From Tubiluchus corallicola (taxonomy: Eukaryota > Animalia > Priapulida), in assembly GCA_030141605.1 (NCBI GenBank), contig JAQGDQ010000016.1, forward strand, positions 684,282 to 748,281: a stretch of DNA of 64,000 bases, read 5' to 3'. The position numbers were made by a program, and so were the translations under genes. Under the pieces are notes generated by a model, which made no database searches, was not told the DNA's origin, and saw nothing but the letters and a program-made list of their open reading frames with translations. Positions 23,314-37,151 of this stretch are shown here, one piece after another (position 1 is the stretch's first letter; the number at the start of each line of letters is the position of its first letter).

Positions 23314-26300
23314 GTAATCCTTAGAGTAATCTTTAATTTTGAAAATTTGATTTTATTTAGTAGAAAATCGGAATGTTGAAATTACAGCTTAATTAATGAA
23401 AGTTGTTCTATTAATCACTAATTTTTTAATGGATAGAATGATTTCAACAAATACTATTTTTGTATTGCATGCTTATGAATGTTCTAGGTTTTAGGTGAGA
23501 TTGTTATGAAAGTATCAGAAAATGCATCCTATAATGACCATATGGTTTGTTCTGACGTTTCAGCGAGTCAGAATCTATCTGAAGGTAATTCATTAAATAT
23601 TTTTTTTCAAGTTTTGACATTCTTCAAGCCTAACATCTTTTATGACAAACAAACAATTCTAAATAATGTATGTGAATAAGCAACGTTGTTTTCTTCAGCT
23701 TCAAGCGAATTGGCATCAGAAATTTTGATTCGCAAAAATCTACGAAAACGAAAACACATGGGTATGTAAATTGCATGCATTTTCTTAAATCAGCAGTCTC
23801 ACTTTGAGTATGGGTTAAGTATGGAACATGTTTCTAAAAAACTAATAACCAATAGGTGAACCTAAGCAACTGTTTCATAATCAGAATAGTTTTGCTATTG
23901 TATTCCAGTTACCACTATATTTTCCAGATGGGGAGGACAGCCCAGCATCAAGTGTATCTGATAATGAAAGTAGAAAACTCAGATTAGAAGATTTGGGTTT
24001 GGTGCCTCGAAATGGCCTTGGCAAAGATGTTACAGAAAAGCTACAGGTATGTAATAATAGTTTTTGGAAAAAATGGATTCACTAACACTATTATAGCATT
24101 AAAAGAGTAATTTAAAATCCATAACATCATATTATAAGGCAAACAAACAGATACTTGTAATTTAGTTTAGGGATGCACCAGATCTGGACCTTAAGTTCGA
24201 AATTTAAGAAAAAATCTCTGTTCTGATCCAGCCTCCGTTTGATAAGAAAAGTCAGTATTTATTGGATTTTTAAATGTACAAAATATCCCGATGGGTTTTT
24301 CAAGTCATGGTGGATAGAATAGTCACTGGTTAGTAACTAAATATTATTTTTTCGTAACGTTAAATTTTGCAGTTTTATGTATTTGTTTCGCCCGCATGTT
24401 TTATAATAGGTGTATTCAATAATTTCTGGAAGTTTTAAAATCATATTTTTTTAGCTTTACAAGCTCTTTATTTAGCAATTTTTCTTAAAAAATTACAACT
24501 TAGCCTTTGGATCTTAATAAGGAACCAAAGATTACTTTCTTCTCTGAGCATATCAGCGGGTATTTTACTATTACGCATAATCCTTATACAAGAGTAATTG
24601 CTTACATTCATTCAAGAAGAAGAATGCGTTAGTTATTGCGCGCATGTATTAAAATATAAGCTACTACCATAAAAGCTCCAGAATCCCAAACCTGTCAAGT
24701 CAGTACTCAAAGAGGCCGCAATAAGCTATAGAGTCTCAATAACTAAAAGGTCTGAGCGATGCATATGTATGCAGATGCAGTTCTGATTCCAGTCCGGTTC
24801 CTACAACGGAAATACGGATCCGTTCCTGGTCCAAATATTATGAGGCCTGTGTATATCTAATGTTGATATATTTATACTTCGAATAATGTTGTATTTATGT
24901 TTGTGTATATCTGTACTCAGCCACATCAATTGATTTTTATTTTTTGCATAATTGTATGGCTGTGATCTGTACTTTGAACATTGATGTTTACAGAGTGGTC
25001 CCTTTAGCTTCTTCCGATTTCAAATCAAACTATCACATTTGCTAATATCTACCACTGTTTATGCCATCTTAAACATTAATAAAAGAGATTTTTCTGGAAG
25101 TCACTTCTGTATAACAACAAGTGTATTTACTGCTCTAGTTATAACACTTGGTGCAACATCAAGAAATTGAATGTCAAAAACTTGAAAATTAATTTGAGTG
25201 TGATTTATATTTATGTTATATTTTATTCATTACTTCTGTTCTTGTCTTTATTTTTGAATTTTTCGTTTATTTTTTAAAGCGCAAAAGAATTTTTAATTTG
25301 GTTACATTACTATAGCCATTTTTTGTTTGGGATGCGTGACCTGATACTGCCCTGAATTTTAGTCTAGCGGGTGTAAACAAATGTAAACATTTAACCAGAT
25401 AGTCTCCACGTTAAACACTGGTACGGTCTATTTTTTCAGGCATTTGTTGCTGCCTCACAGTCAGCTGTTCCACTCTGTCATTGCCGTGTGAATGTTGGGT
25501 CACTGGCTAGAACAAAAGTTACATACTGCCAGGCTTTGGACACCATCGATGACAAGGTTAACATTTTTGAAAAAGAATTTTGACACGTTTGTTTTTGAGC
25601 CTATTTATACGTTTTATTCATGGATATATAATACATCTTCTAATATGAACAAAATGTTACAGAAATATACAACTTCAGTAAAATTTATAAATGTAAATTG
25701 CTAAAAGTTTTAATCAATTCTTAATATGACATTTTTTAAACTTATTAATTATATCATTATTATTTTCGTTATTCTATTTATTATTACCTGATACAATCCT
25801 TAAATACCTCTACATTGCCTGTGCTATATCAGCATGGTACCGTAGGCAATTCTTGTAAAACCATTTGAAATGCCTTAATTATGTGTTTTTCTAGATAATT
25901 GGATGCTGCAAGAAAGTGAAAAACCATTTACTGGTGCGGCCGTCTCCTAAGATTAGCTTCTTTGCTGTTTGCGAAGTCCATCGAACTAAGCTGAAATACC
26001 ATCAGTGTTGCCCTGGTTGCGGTAGATTCTGCACTCAAGTAAGTAGTCAGAACTATATATACATCTTATAGGTGGACGTTAACTGCTTCTTTTTTCAGAA
26101 AAGGTTTGGGTTCTGGTCTTATTCTATAAACACACTTGCACAAATGAAATAGAAATAGCTTTAGGTATATTCTCAAATTAGCATTTCATACTCGGTTTAA
26201 TTGTATGTATTCAATTTTTGCAGGGCGTGTTTTTCCAGTGCCAAGCTGGACGTAGCTTACATGTTTTTCACAAAGAATGTGCCACAATCAGCGATGGTCT

Positions 26301-29300
26301 TTCATTATGTCCTCACTGCGGAAGTGCTGTAGAAATTGTTGAACTAACACTGAAGATTAGAGCTGTTAATATGCCAACGTTTTTCTTAGAACAAAGACCA
26401 AGATCGGGGTAAGGAAGTGTATATTTTGTCTGAAAAATCATTTCTGCACAGAGGTTACATGTGTGAACCATATTTCTACTGTCAAAAATTTTATTCTACT
26501 GCGCAAAAAGTTTCTGAATAAGAAATATCGTCAGATTTTTTTCTACTATTCTTGTTTTTTTACAGGCCATATGCAAAATTTACATTTCCGTCAAAAGATA
26601 CAAAGAACAATGCAAGTGTTAGCTCATTTACATTTCCAGAAACTGGGCAAAAGTTTTCCGCAGGTACAAGTCTTAAAATGTATTTATTTCCAAAGCTTTG
26701 AGTTCAGAGAATTTTGAATTGGCGACAAAAAAATTAACATTTAAATATCATTTCCTGCCTAAAACAAATATAATACTTTAACTTTTTTCTATGGTATTTT
26801 GTTTGTCATTGAATTTGTTGAATAGCTGTGAAGTTAAGCTCTGGTTATTTTAGGAAGTTTGTATACGCTCACAACATTGTATACTTCTGTATTGCTTGTG
26901 TGGGATCCTGATTATTCGAGCATTCCTCTGACCGTTGAACCTTAATATGATAAATGAAAAAATTGATTTTACTTAGTTTGCTAAGCAAACAAGCATTTTT
27001 AAGTATCTAATACACAAAAATTACCTAGAACACTAAGAGCAGTTACTAGTATTGTGTGCACAACTATCTCTACATACTTTGTATTATATTTGGGCCAATA
27101 TATAAGTAATTGTATTCTAAACTCTAGTCGTTTAAAAACATTAACAGGTGTTATTAATTTCTGGTAACAAATGAAAAACCCGTGTTTTAAATTTTACAAA
27201 AATCATTGATGATTTACTTGCTTTATCTAATGCATACTGTGTATTTTCTTAGCTTCCATTCTTCCCTCTCCTGAACGAGAAGAACTGAAGGAAGTACTTG
27301 ATGCAATTCTTGCCGATAAGGATTGGCGACCTCCAAACATCAAGAGCCTTTTTGGCAGCTCTAAAGCTGGTGATTTTGAAAAGATCCTGTTTCATTTAGG
27401 TAAGTTTTATGTGAACTGCATAACATTAGGACATTTTTCTCTGTTCTTGCATACCCTTTTTATGGTTACTGCATAAAAATTCTTTATCGTTTCAATTTGT
27501 TTGTTATTTTTTATAGGAATGGGCCATGACCCCAACGTCCGAAGCAACGAAGACAGCAATGCATCTGCATTACATGCCGCTGCTTCTAAAGGCCATATCA
27601 TTATCGTTCACTTATTAATACAGGTACTGCTTTTGTTATGTTATAATTATAATGTGTTATTATTGTCAGGATTTTGCAGCAAATTCACTTTGCTGGTAAT
27701 GCTTTTGATGCATTCTTTTTCCAAATTGTATGTTGCATTTTAAAAAAGTTAATAAGCTGATAAAGGTCGGCTGCTTATAAATATATTTATTACTATTTTA
27801 TAAGGTTTACTATATTCCTGTCACTGCTTAATTTAGAAAATTTTGAAAAAAACTAGACACTAGCTGTGTTGGTGCTTCAATAAACTTTGCTTTCACTGAT
27901 TTTGTATACAGTCTGGTGCGACTGCTGATTTAATGGATGATAACATGAAAACACCATTAATGGAGGCTGCTGAGAATGACAAGATTAAAGTCGTTAAGTA
28001 CTTGGTAAATGCCGGTGCTACTATTGATTTGAAGGTATATAGTTATACTGCTATTTCGGATATACGTACACGTGTTAGTGCTTTACTTTTGAAGAGATCA
28101 AAAGATTTCTTGTGTAGATTTGTTTTACTATCTCAAGCCAATAAATGTGACAAAAATTCTTGGTAAACTGAAACTGTTTTTACTGTGTACCTGAAATATT
28201 CAATTTGTTGCAGTTCAAAACAAACAGTGATTTATATTTTTTTATCTTTTGATCTTGTTCTATTGTTAGGCTTGCCATATTGTACAGAGACAAGCTTGGT
28301 TGAGAATTACTAATTACATAATGTACAAGGCTATTATGAGTCGTAAGATGTAAATAAACATGTTCGTATTTACAGATCAAAAATATCTGTTATAATCTAG
28401 CTCTAGCATTATCTATGCTCTCATCTCGTACCTTATACAATTTTGCCATTGTTATTTTTGAAAGATTTACTTCAATCGTATTTAATTTTAGGGTGAAGAC
28501 GGAATGACATGTCTTCATTTGGCTGCCAGGGCAGGACACCTAAGCGTCGTCATGTACATTTGCGAAAATACTAAAGTTAATGTTAATGTGCAGGTATTGC
28601 TTTGATATTGTCATATGTCATTGACTGATTTTGTTAATGAGTAGTAGGACATACAACAATTGCTTTATGCTATTATCTGCTGAACTGAGTCTGCTCAGTT
28701 AAAATTTCAGAGTATTCTGCTAATCTTTAACTATTGTTTAACACATTATCACATTCTAAGTCTTGTGATTTATTATAGAGAGCATCTTACTTGATAACTT
28801 TTGCAGGATGAAGGTGGCTGGACTCCACTTATCTGGGCTACTGAATACAAACATACTGAGGTGGTAGACTATTTGCTCTGTCGTGGTGCTGATCCAAACC
28901 TAATTGATGTGGTATGTTACTGTAGACTATTGCAAGTATTTACAGTCACTACATTAACTAAATCACTAACTCAGTAATGATGTTGTTTCATTATTGTTTC
29001 CGTGCCCTTACATGCATTATGTTTTGGTGTAAATTCTTAATCTTAGCATTTGCTAAATCTAAAGCACTTTAATATCATGCTTTAGATTTAGAAGTGTTCT
29101 TAAATGTTCGTTAACTTATTTTTAAACTAACGTGAAATTCTCAGTATAGAGTAAGCACTAAACATACGTTTTTTTGTCAACAGCTTAATTTTAATTTTAA
29201 CGAAGTGTTCACATTGAAGTGCAAAGATGTGGATCTGAAAATTAACATTTCATTGAATCATTTCATTTAAAAAATTTTGGTTGGGATTTTAGGGAAATGA

Positions 29301-32300
29301 ATTTATCCATTTTTTGTTTGTGTCTAGGAAGAAAACACAGCATTACATTGGGCTGCTTTTTCTGGATCAACTGAGATTTGTGGAATGTTTATTGACCACG
29401 GTTGTAAAGTATCGGTTAAAAATGAACACGGCGACACTCCTCTGTAAATATCAGTTTTCAGTTGTAATGTTTTTGTAAATAAGACCTATACAGCGTGGTA
29501 CATTATCTTTTACTACAGGGGTACAAAATGAATAGCACAGAACAATTTATTACATAAAATATTGTTGAAACAACAGAGAACCTACCATGCCCTCACAAAT
29601 AGTGTGGCAACCTGTCATAATCAAGGATGTGGCTGCAACAAGCTGCCACACTCTTGAGGAGTATGAGTAGAACAGAGACTCAGAAAACTCTCTATGCTCT
29701 AACACACTTTGCAGCTATCTCACAAGCTTGTCTGATCAATGCACAAGTCCTTGAATGCTGATCAATGGGCATGTATTTTATTATCTTAGCACACTCTCTG
29801 TCTTTTTGTATGACTCCAGTGTGTTTGGCAGGTTTTAGATCCAGTAAATTTCCAGCTGTTCGGTTCAATCAGAAAAATTAGTTATAGAGTTTTTGAGCCG
29901 TTGTCCGAGCTTAATTTCAAAATTGCAGTTTGTATAAAATGTGAGAGGCTTTCCTAGTAAATACTGTGGCTTGACAAAGTTTCTGTTGTTTCAGTGATAC
30001 TTTGATGTTATACATTGCTCTCTACTGTTACACTTTTGTTTTTGCACCCCCCACCACACAAGCCAAAGGTTATGTACCATGTCATACACAGTGACCTCTC
30101 CATAGCTTTATAGCTGCTATAAGCTGATTGTATAAATGCTTGTTTGTTCACATTCAACCATGAGATGATTTTAAAAACATGAAGCCTGACTACAAAAAAG
30201 AACTGCCAACTTCTTTATTTAACTTGTAAGAATAGCTTTAGGCACCGGCATTGTATATATTTAATAATGGTTACAAAATCCACAAGTGTCATATCTATAT
30301 ATGACAGTTATCATACACAATACAGCATGCAGACAAATACAGTTTCAAGAAAGAAGTTGAGTTATACACAGCTGTTAAAGTGACAAGTCATATAAGTTGA
30401 ATTGTATCACATAAACATATGTAAGACGTGTAATGCAGGAAATATATAGATGAATGTAGACTCATCATCACTATAATAGTTCTTACCAACAAAGAACATG
30501 GAAAACTGATGCTTAGTCACTTAATAGGCTCTATTCTGCAATGAACTGTGGTGTACTGTACCAAAAATAAATCTGGTTAATTCAATGCCGTTACTTCAAC
30601 TTTCTGTGCTTTCTGTAATTTTGTAGGCATATAGCTACTCGCCAAGACCACTTTGAAGTAGTTACACAATTGCTGAGCCGTGGTGCAGATGTATTTGCTG
30701 AAAATAATCAGAAAGAGCAGCCCCTTGCGGTAAGGCTTGAAGTTTTGTTTTGTTACATTTTTTACCATTTGTTTTCAAGTGCAGGTTGCAAAATTCTCAT
30801 TTGCTTTTCATTCATTAACTATACAATGGTTAATCATAATTTTTAGGATTATCTGTATGCGTGTTAAACATGCAGTTTGATTGCCAAACCTTTCATCTCG
30901 ATCTGTCTCTGTAATTTCAGTGTTGTCTGGATCCCACGTCTAAAGTCTGGATGGTGATCAAAATGAATATCGAAATTAAAACACTCTCACAGAAGCGCAC
31001 TGGGCCAACAGAAAGAATGCTGCACAGGTATATGATGAATGCTTGTTACTAATTACAGTGAAATGCAACAAAGCTGTTGTGAAGTGAAATGTCTCTATAC
31101 GATGTTCCTGGGGTAGTGAAGAAAATTTGGTTTCAGAATGGGTTATGAAAGCCCTGCTTTTCTTGCAATTATGTTTTAGAGTTTTAATGAAAAAGATTTG
31201 TATTATGGCTCCCACGTTCATGTCAGTTCTCTTCAATTTTTTTATTTTTTGCTTCATCTCCCCCGAACTGACTGGTGTTGTTAAAAATTATATTGCGTTA
31301 TGTTTTAGAACATTTTTAAAGTCAAAGACGAATGTCTTGAACTTTATGGCATTGATACAGCTGTCCTCTGGCACTTACGAATTTCCTTATTGTCCTCTGG
31401 CATTTACGAAAAACAGTGTTGAAGGCGAAATATAACTGGGCATCAAAGTGTAGTCTACACATTAGGGGTGAGCATTGAACGCTCGAGTTTGAACGTTCAA
31501 ATCGAATTAGAACGTTTGAATTCAATTCGAACGAGCTTTTAAAATTCGAACTCGATTCGAACCTGAAGTTATGGATTCAAGTAATTAACCACTTCAACTA
31601 CGTTACGTTCTTTATTATTATTATGACATTTGAAACAGCATGCCATCAACACAATTTAGCAGTGATTTTTGAGAACAGTTTTTAGATAAGTATTAATGTT
31701 TTTACTACAGAACAAAATCAAGCAATATGCATGTTCTCTACGAAACAGCATTTTATTAATGACTCGAAAATTTTTAAAGCTAAGTTAGAATTCGACTCAG
31801 ACTCGAAATCTTGAAATTCGGTTTGTTTGGAGTTCTAAAGTCAAAAATTCGATTAGTTTCAAATTCACTTTCTGATAGAGAATGCTCAGCCCTACTACAC
31901 ATGGCTGATAACTATATCGTATTTAAAAATTGACGAAAAGCTTGTACAGGCAGAAATAACTGTTTTAGTTTTGGCATGACATCACAGGTGCCTTTTGCGA
32001 TACATAGAGCATATGGTAAAACACAAACAAAATGCTACTGTATCAGGCATTTTCCGCTGTATCTCATTACAAGTTTTTTTTCGACTAGCACGTATAGTAG
32101 ACTGGAGTAGGTGTGGACAAACCCATGTTTTGAGGTTAACGTCAAAAATGCCTTCGGCATTGTTTTAACGCATAACATATATGTACATTTATTATTACGT
32201 TATACAGGTTACATTCTTCAAAAATACATTTTTTCTTAAATGTCTCCTGCTTGAATTAATGTGTGGCTTAGTGTAATGTGTCAATATACTTTGTTTTGTT

Positions 32301-35300
32301 GCTGTACTGTTGTTAATGCTTCTAATTTGCTAATAATTACTAAAATAAGACTACACATATTTTCACAACTCTGACATTTCAACATTAGAATAAGATGTCA
32401 TAATCATAGACATTAAGAATAAACATACATTTACTATACAGAAGAGAATATTAAAATTCAAACTCTGTCAATTTTAAAAGAGTTATGAAATCATTAATGA
32501 AATAAATTAATGCACGCCTGTATAAGAATTGTCAAGAAAAAAGAAACTGAGAACTGGATAGAAAAATTTTAACAAACATTTTCAATTTTGCTAGTCAAGA
32601 GAATGCCAGAAACCTTTGATGATGACTATGTTTATAGCTTTGGTAATTTGTGAAAATTTTTATCATTCTGGTAGGTATTGTAAATGTATTTTCATTCTTG
32701 CAGTTACTTTCTTGTTTTGTATGATTATGACATCTTGGTTTGATGTTGAAACATCAGAGTTGTGAAATAAATCATGTTTCTATATAAGTCGGTCGGTACT
32801 GGTGATTTTTTTCTGTTCATTTTTTCTTGTTTTCAGAGATATATCTATGAGTCGTGAGAACATACCCATCGTTTGCATAAATTGGGTTGATGATGACAAC
32901 TTCCCGCAAGATTATCAGTACGTTGTTGACAATGTGGAAACGAGCGAATTTGTTTCTATTAATCGGCTAGTCACTTCTTTACAGGTAGTCTTTCATGATT
33001 GTGTTATACAATGTATTCGTGTCGCATGTATTCAAGTTCACAAGTGTGTTACAAAGCAAAACACATTAGAAAAATTTTACAAATGTCTGTTTAAGCCTGG
33101 AGGTCTTGATTGTAAGTTGTATATACACAGTAGGCAGTAATTATTCATGTCATTTTGCTAGCTGGTCCTGGACATGCATGCATTAAAGCTATGGCAATGG
33201 TAAAACCTTGCCTTGGTTTTTAATAGACATTCTTGAGCATAGCTGGATATTTCTACTTTTGAACAAGCTTCGCTTGCTGTTGCTTAAGCACCACGTTGTT
33301 GTCAGTTAAAAGTTTTATAGAGTTATAAGCAACAGTTTGACAGTTTTGTGTAAACTAAAATAACACGGAGCAATGAAGTACAAATAAAAGGTAATGACTC
33401 GGCTTACAATCATTTTATTCTATATGACATAGAAGTTTTTTACCTGAAGTGCCCGCTGTAATGTAACTCAATTACTGCAAATATTATTAACATTTTATAA
33501 TTCTTAACTAAGTTGCTTGTGTCTCATATACATGCAGTCATTTGATTACAGCACAAGTCTTTATTATATTCTTTAACACTCAAGTTTTTGAAGACTTTGG
33601 GATAATAAGTAATCTCTTCTATTGTAGGTAACCCTGATTTTTTTACACAATAAATAATATCTAAATTTTTTGAGATGTTTGCGCCAATAATTTATTTTTG
33701 AAAATTGAGCTCGTGTTTTTCTCTTTAGCATTGTATCTGCACTGACAACTGTGGTTCACCGAGTTGTGCATGTACAATAAACAGCGTGCGTTTGTGGTAT
33801 GATCGCCACGGTAAACTAGTGGATGATTTCTCCATGCAAGATCCACCTATCCTGTTCGAATGCAACAAAGCCTGTCGATGTTGGCGGAAGTGTGCAAACC
33901 GAGTTGTTCAAGATGGAATAAAGTAAGACATTTTTGTTTTAACAGTTTTTGATAAAAATCTTTATTTGTGCTTTTGACGTGTGCCTACACTAAATCCTAG
34001 GGATGCCCATATTCTTGTGCAATTTTATCATTTTTCATATTTCCTAAGCATTAAATGCCATTTGTAAGTTATAGTATGTTTTACAAGTGAAAAAGGGTAG
34101 AGACAATGGATTCCAAAAGGTGACGTTCTTTGCAAGTAAGCAGCATCAGTCCCTGGTCTTGCTGAATTTGACACAAAAAAAATTAATAAATTTTCCTCTT
34201 CATTGCATTTATTTATAGGTAGGTTAATCAAGCTATTAATCATTGGTTTCTTTACTTTGGAATTATATAGACAGCAAGCAAAAAAAATTGAAAAGCTTGT
34301 TTTTTGGTGAAATTACCTGGAACCGCCTTCTTACAAAGCATATGCTCTATCACTTAGGATCCTTTAAAAAGCAAATCGTATCTTAGGACTATTATGACAA
34401 ATGGCGCTGTCATAGTTGATGAACACTTTTTCATCATCTTTTTCATACCAGCCACTGAAAGAGTTCCTTCTCAAGGTTGAACTAATACAGCATTTGTTAC
34501 TACACGTCAATTATGTATTGACTTAGTTACTATAACCACATTCAGGTGGCAGTAAATGTTATGTGGTAACTAATACACATAACATCTTTAGCTCTTCAGC
34601 TCTGTATTGTTCACTTGGTGCAATGTTTGTTATAGCCCTTTATTATGTAATTGTATTGCTCTTTATAGTCAATTATTTCTGATTTAATACTGCAAATAAA
34701 GTCGATGTAAAGTTCAGTCCCTTTCTAATTTAATTATTATAAACCTTGCTGGTATATTGCTCTTAGTATTAGTATATTTTGTATCTCAAAAGTAACAGTA
34801 ATATATATATATGCAAAAGAAAAATGAATATTGTCATTGTAATGCAACAGCAATATTTGAAAGGAAAAACCAACCCTTGCACAACATTCATTGTATTTCA
34901 GTATACACTTAGGAATTTTGAAATTACCACGTAATATCCATACATAAAATGCCTTGTTTAAAAATGCAAAAGAAACTTAAATCATTCTTATCTCATGCCA
35001 AACAAATCTCACTGCAGGCATATTTGGAACTGCAGTTCACTCAAGAATTTTTTTGATGAATCCCATTGTCCACTATATGAAAGGCAGTTACTCTAAATAC
35101 AGTCGTTAATTAACTTAGCTAGTTAATGCCGACAAAGTAACAGAACAATTATTTTAACAAGCTGAAATTGCAGTCTATAAGCCAAGTAACCCGCCCCGCA
35201 TCTAATGAATGCTCGTAACCTCGCAGAATTCCATGCTTATCTGTAATTATATCATGTGTAGTACGTACGTATTTTGAAATATAATCCTGAAGATTAAACC

Positions 35301-37113
35301 TGTGTACGCACTGTTCGGAAGATTTTTCTCTGCTTGCCCTTTAATCTAAAGTTGTACTTATTTAGAATTGCCTGTAAAACTTGGCTTCGTTATATGCATT
35401 TAGTAGGTCAGCTAATCAGAATTGAGCACGTTTTTTAGTCTACTCATTGGAAGCGAAGAAATCGCCACGTATTTGATTTTTTCTGTAATATTGAATTTAA
35501 AATAAAAGTTTTTGGGATTACTTCAAAACACGCACTTTAAAGGTGTTGCTAATTGATCCGTGACTAATTTTTACAAAAACACAGTAAACAGAAAGATTTA
35601 ATCAACTAGAATAGCAGAATTCCTGAGTGAACTGTAGAAGTTTTGTTATGTGTGCCTTCGTGGCATCCACCAGCTTGAATCATTTTTTTCAAACATGTCC
35701 ACAGTGAGATTTGTTTGGCATCAGATAAGAATGATTTCTTTTGCATTTTTAAGCTAGGCATTTTACGTATGTATATTATGTGGTAATTTCAATATTCCTA
35801 ATTGTATACTAAAATACAATGAATGTTGTTCAAGGGTTGGTTTTTCCTTTAAAATATCCTGTTGCATAGTGATGCTGTACATTGTTACAGTGCAGCAAAC
35901 ACTGCAGTTATTGAAAGTTTTTTCAATTTTTTCATCAAAAATCGATTTTTAATTTGTTTGTGATAAGCAAATGCATTTCATGTATCATTTTGGATGAAAG
36001 CCCATTGTGTGAAGAGTAGAAACCTACAAATATTATTAAATATAATATAATCGCCACTCAGTGAGAGCAGTTTTTCATGAACCCATGCAAAATGCAGCAA
36101 ACTCTTATGGTCCTGAAGGAGTTAATGGTTTTCCCCTATTTCTATCAGTTTTCTTTGTTACCGTCTTAAGAATATGATTCAAGATGGATAACTACAGCTG
36201 CTACTGCATCAATCATTTGCCAGTAAAGACTGTCTCTGCTGCCGAATCAAACTCCTTTCTTGTTTATTACACTATAAATTTCAGTTTCATCGACTTTACA
36301 ATATGACTGTCTATCGCTGCGATAGAGATAACTGTCTTCCAGGCAGAACTAGCCAACTGTATTGATTTTAGTAACACAAATTGAATTAGAAAAATTATGG
36401 GGCGGAATTTCTTAAGTGCTAGTACCACTTTGTTGAACTAATTTCACTATGTGCAGTTCATGTTTTTTCTCATTGGTTCACATTGTACATATGTGGGTTC
36501 TAAGAAACCATATTTTATGTATGGATCCACCATCCAAAATGATCTATCGTCGACAATTGAACTGATACCACATAGGTTTTCTGAAAATTTAGGAAAAAAC
36601 TCAAAGTTATATAGCGAGAGGTGCGACGCGGGCTACTGTTATCACCAAATGCTCTTTCAGAATTAGAAAAAACAAATTGAAACCCAACTTTTCTGTTTTC
36701 AATGATAACAATGTGTAATTGTAACAATCCTTGCGTAAACTGTTTTAGAAGATGAATTATTTGAAAATGACATCTCATCTTGAGCATCTGTGCTAGCATT
36801 GTCTAGATATAATCTTACAATTGTATTTACCAATTGGATTTTTCGTCTCTTTTATCTACTAAAACAACTCTACTGCACAAATATTGGATGATAGAAGGTT
36901 TTTTGTAAAGATCTGTGGACTAATGAAATCCGAACTTAGCAAAGCTTAGCAAGGCCCAATCAATATACTGAAGTCTTGCATATCAGCCAACTTTAATTGA
37001 CCCTATGAATGACCCTATGATATGTCCCCTATGAATAATCTCAAATTAGATTATATTTCAAATTATTTGTCTCCTTCCAATTTGCATATAATAATATAAG
37101 CCTTTTCGTTAGG

Positions 37114-37151
<38 letters not shown>

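Noticed and set aside
23314-23379. ORF-track extension of the 574-aa ORF to a stop at 23379
   Set aside because: Read-through into intron 1; the donor at 23314 links in frame to the downstream EHMT exons.
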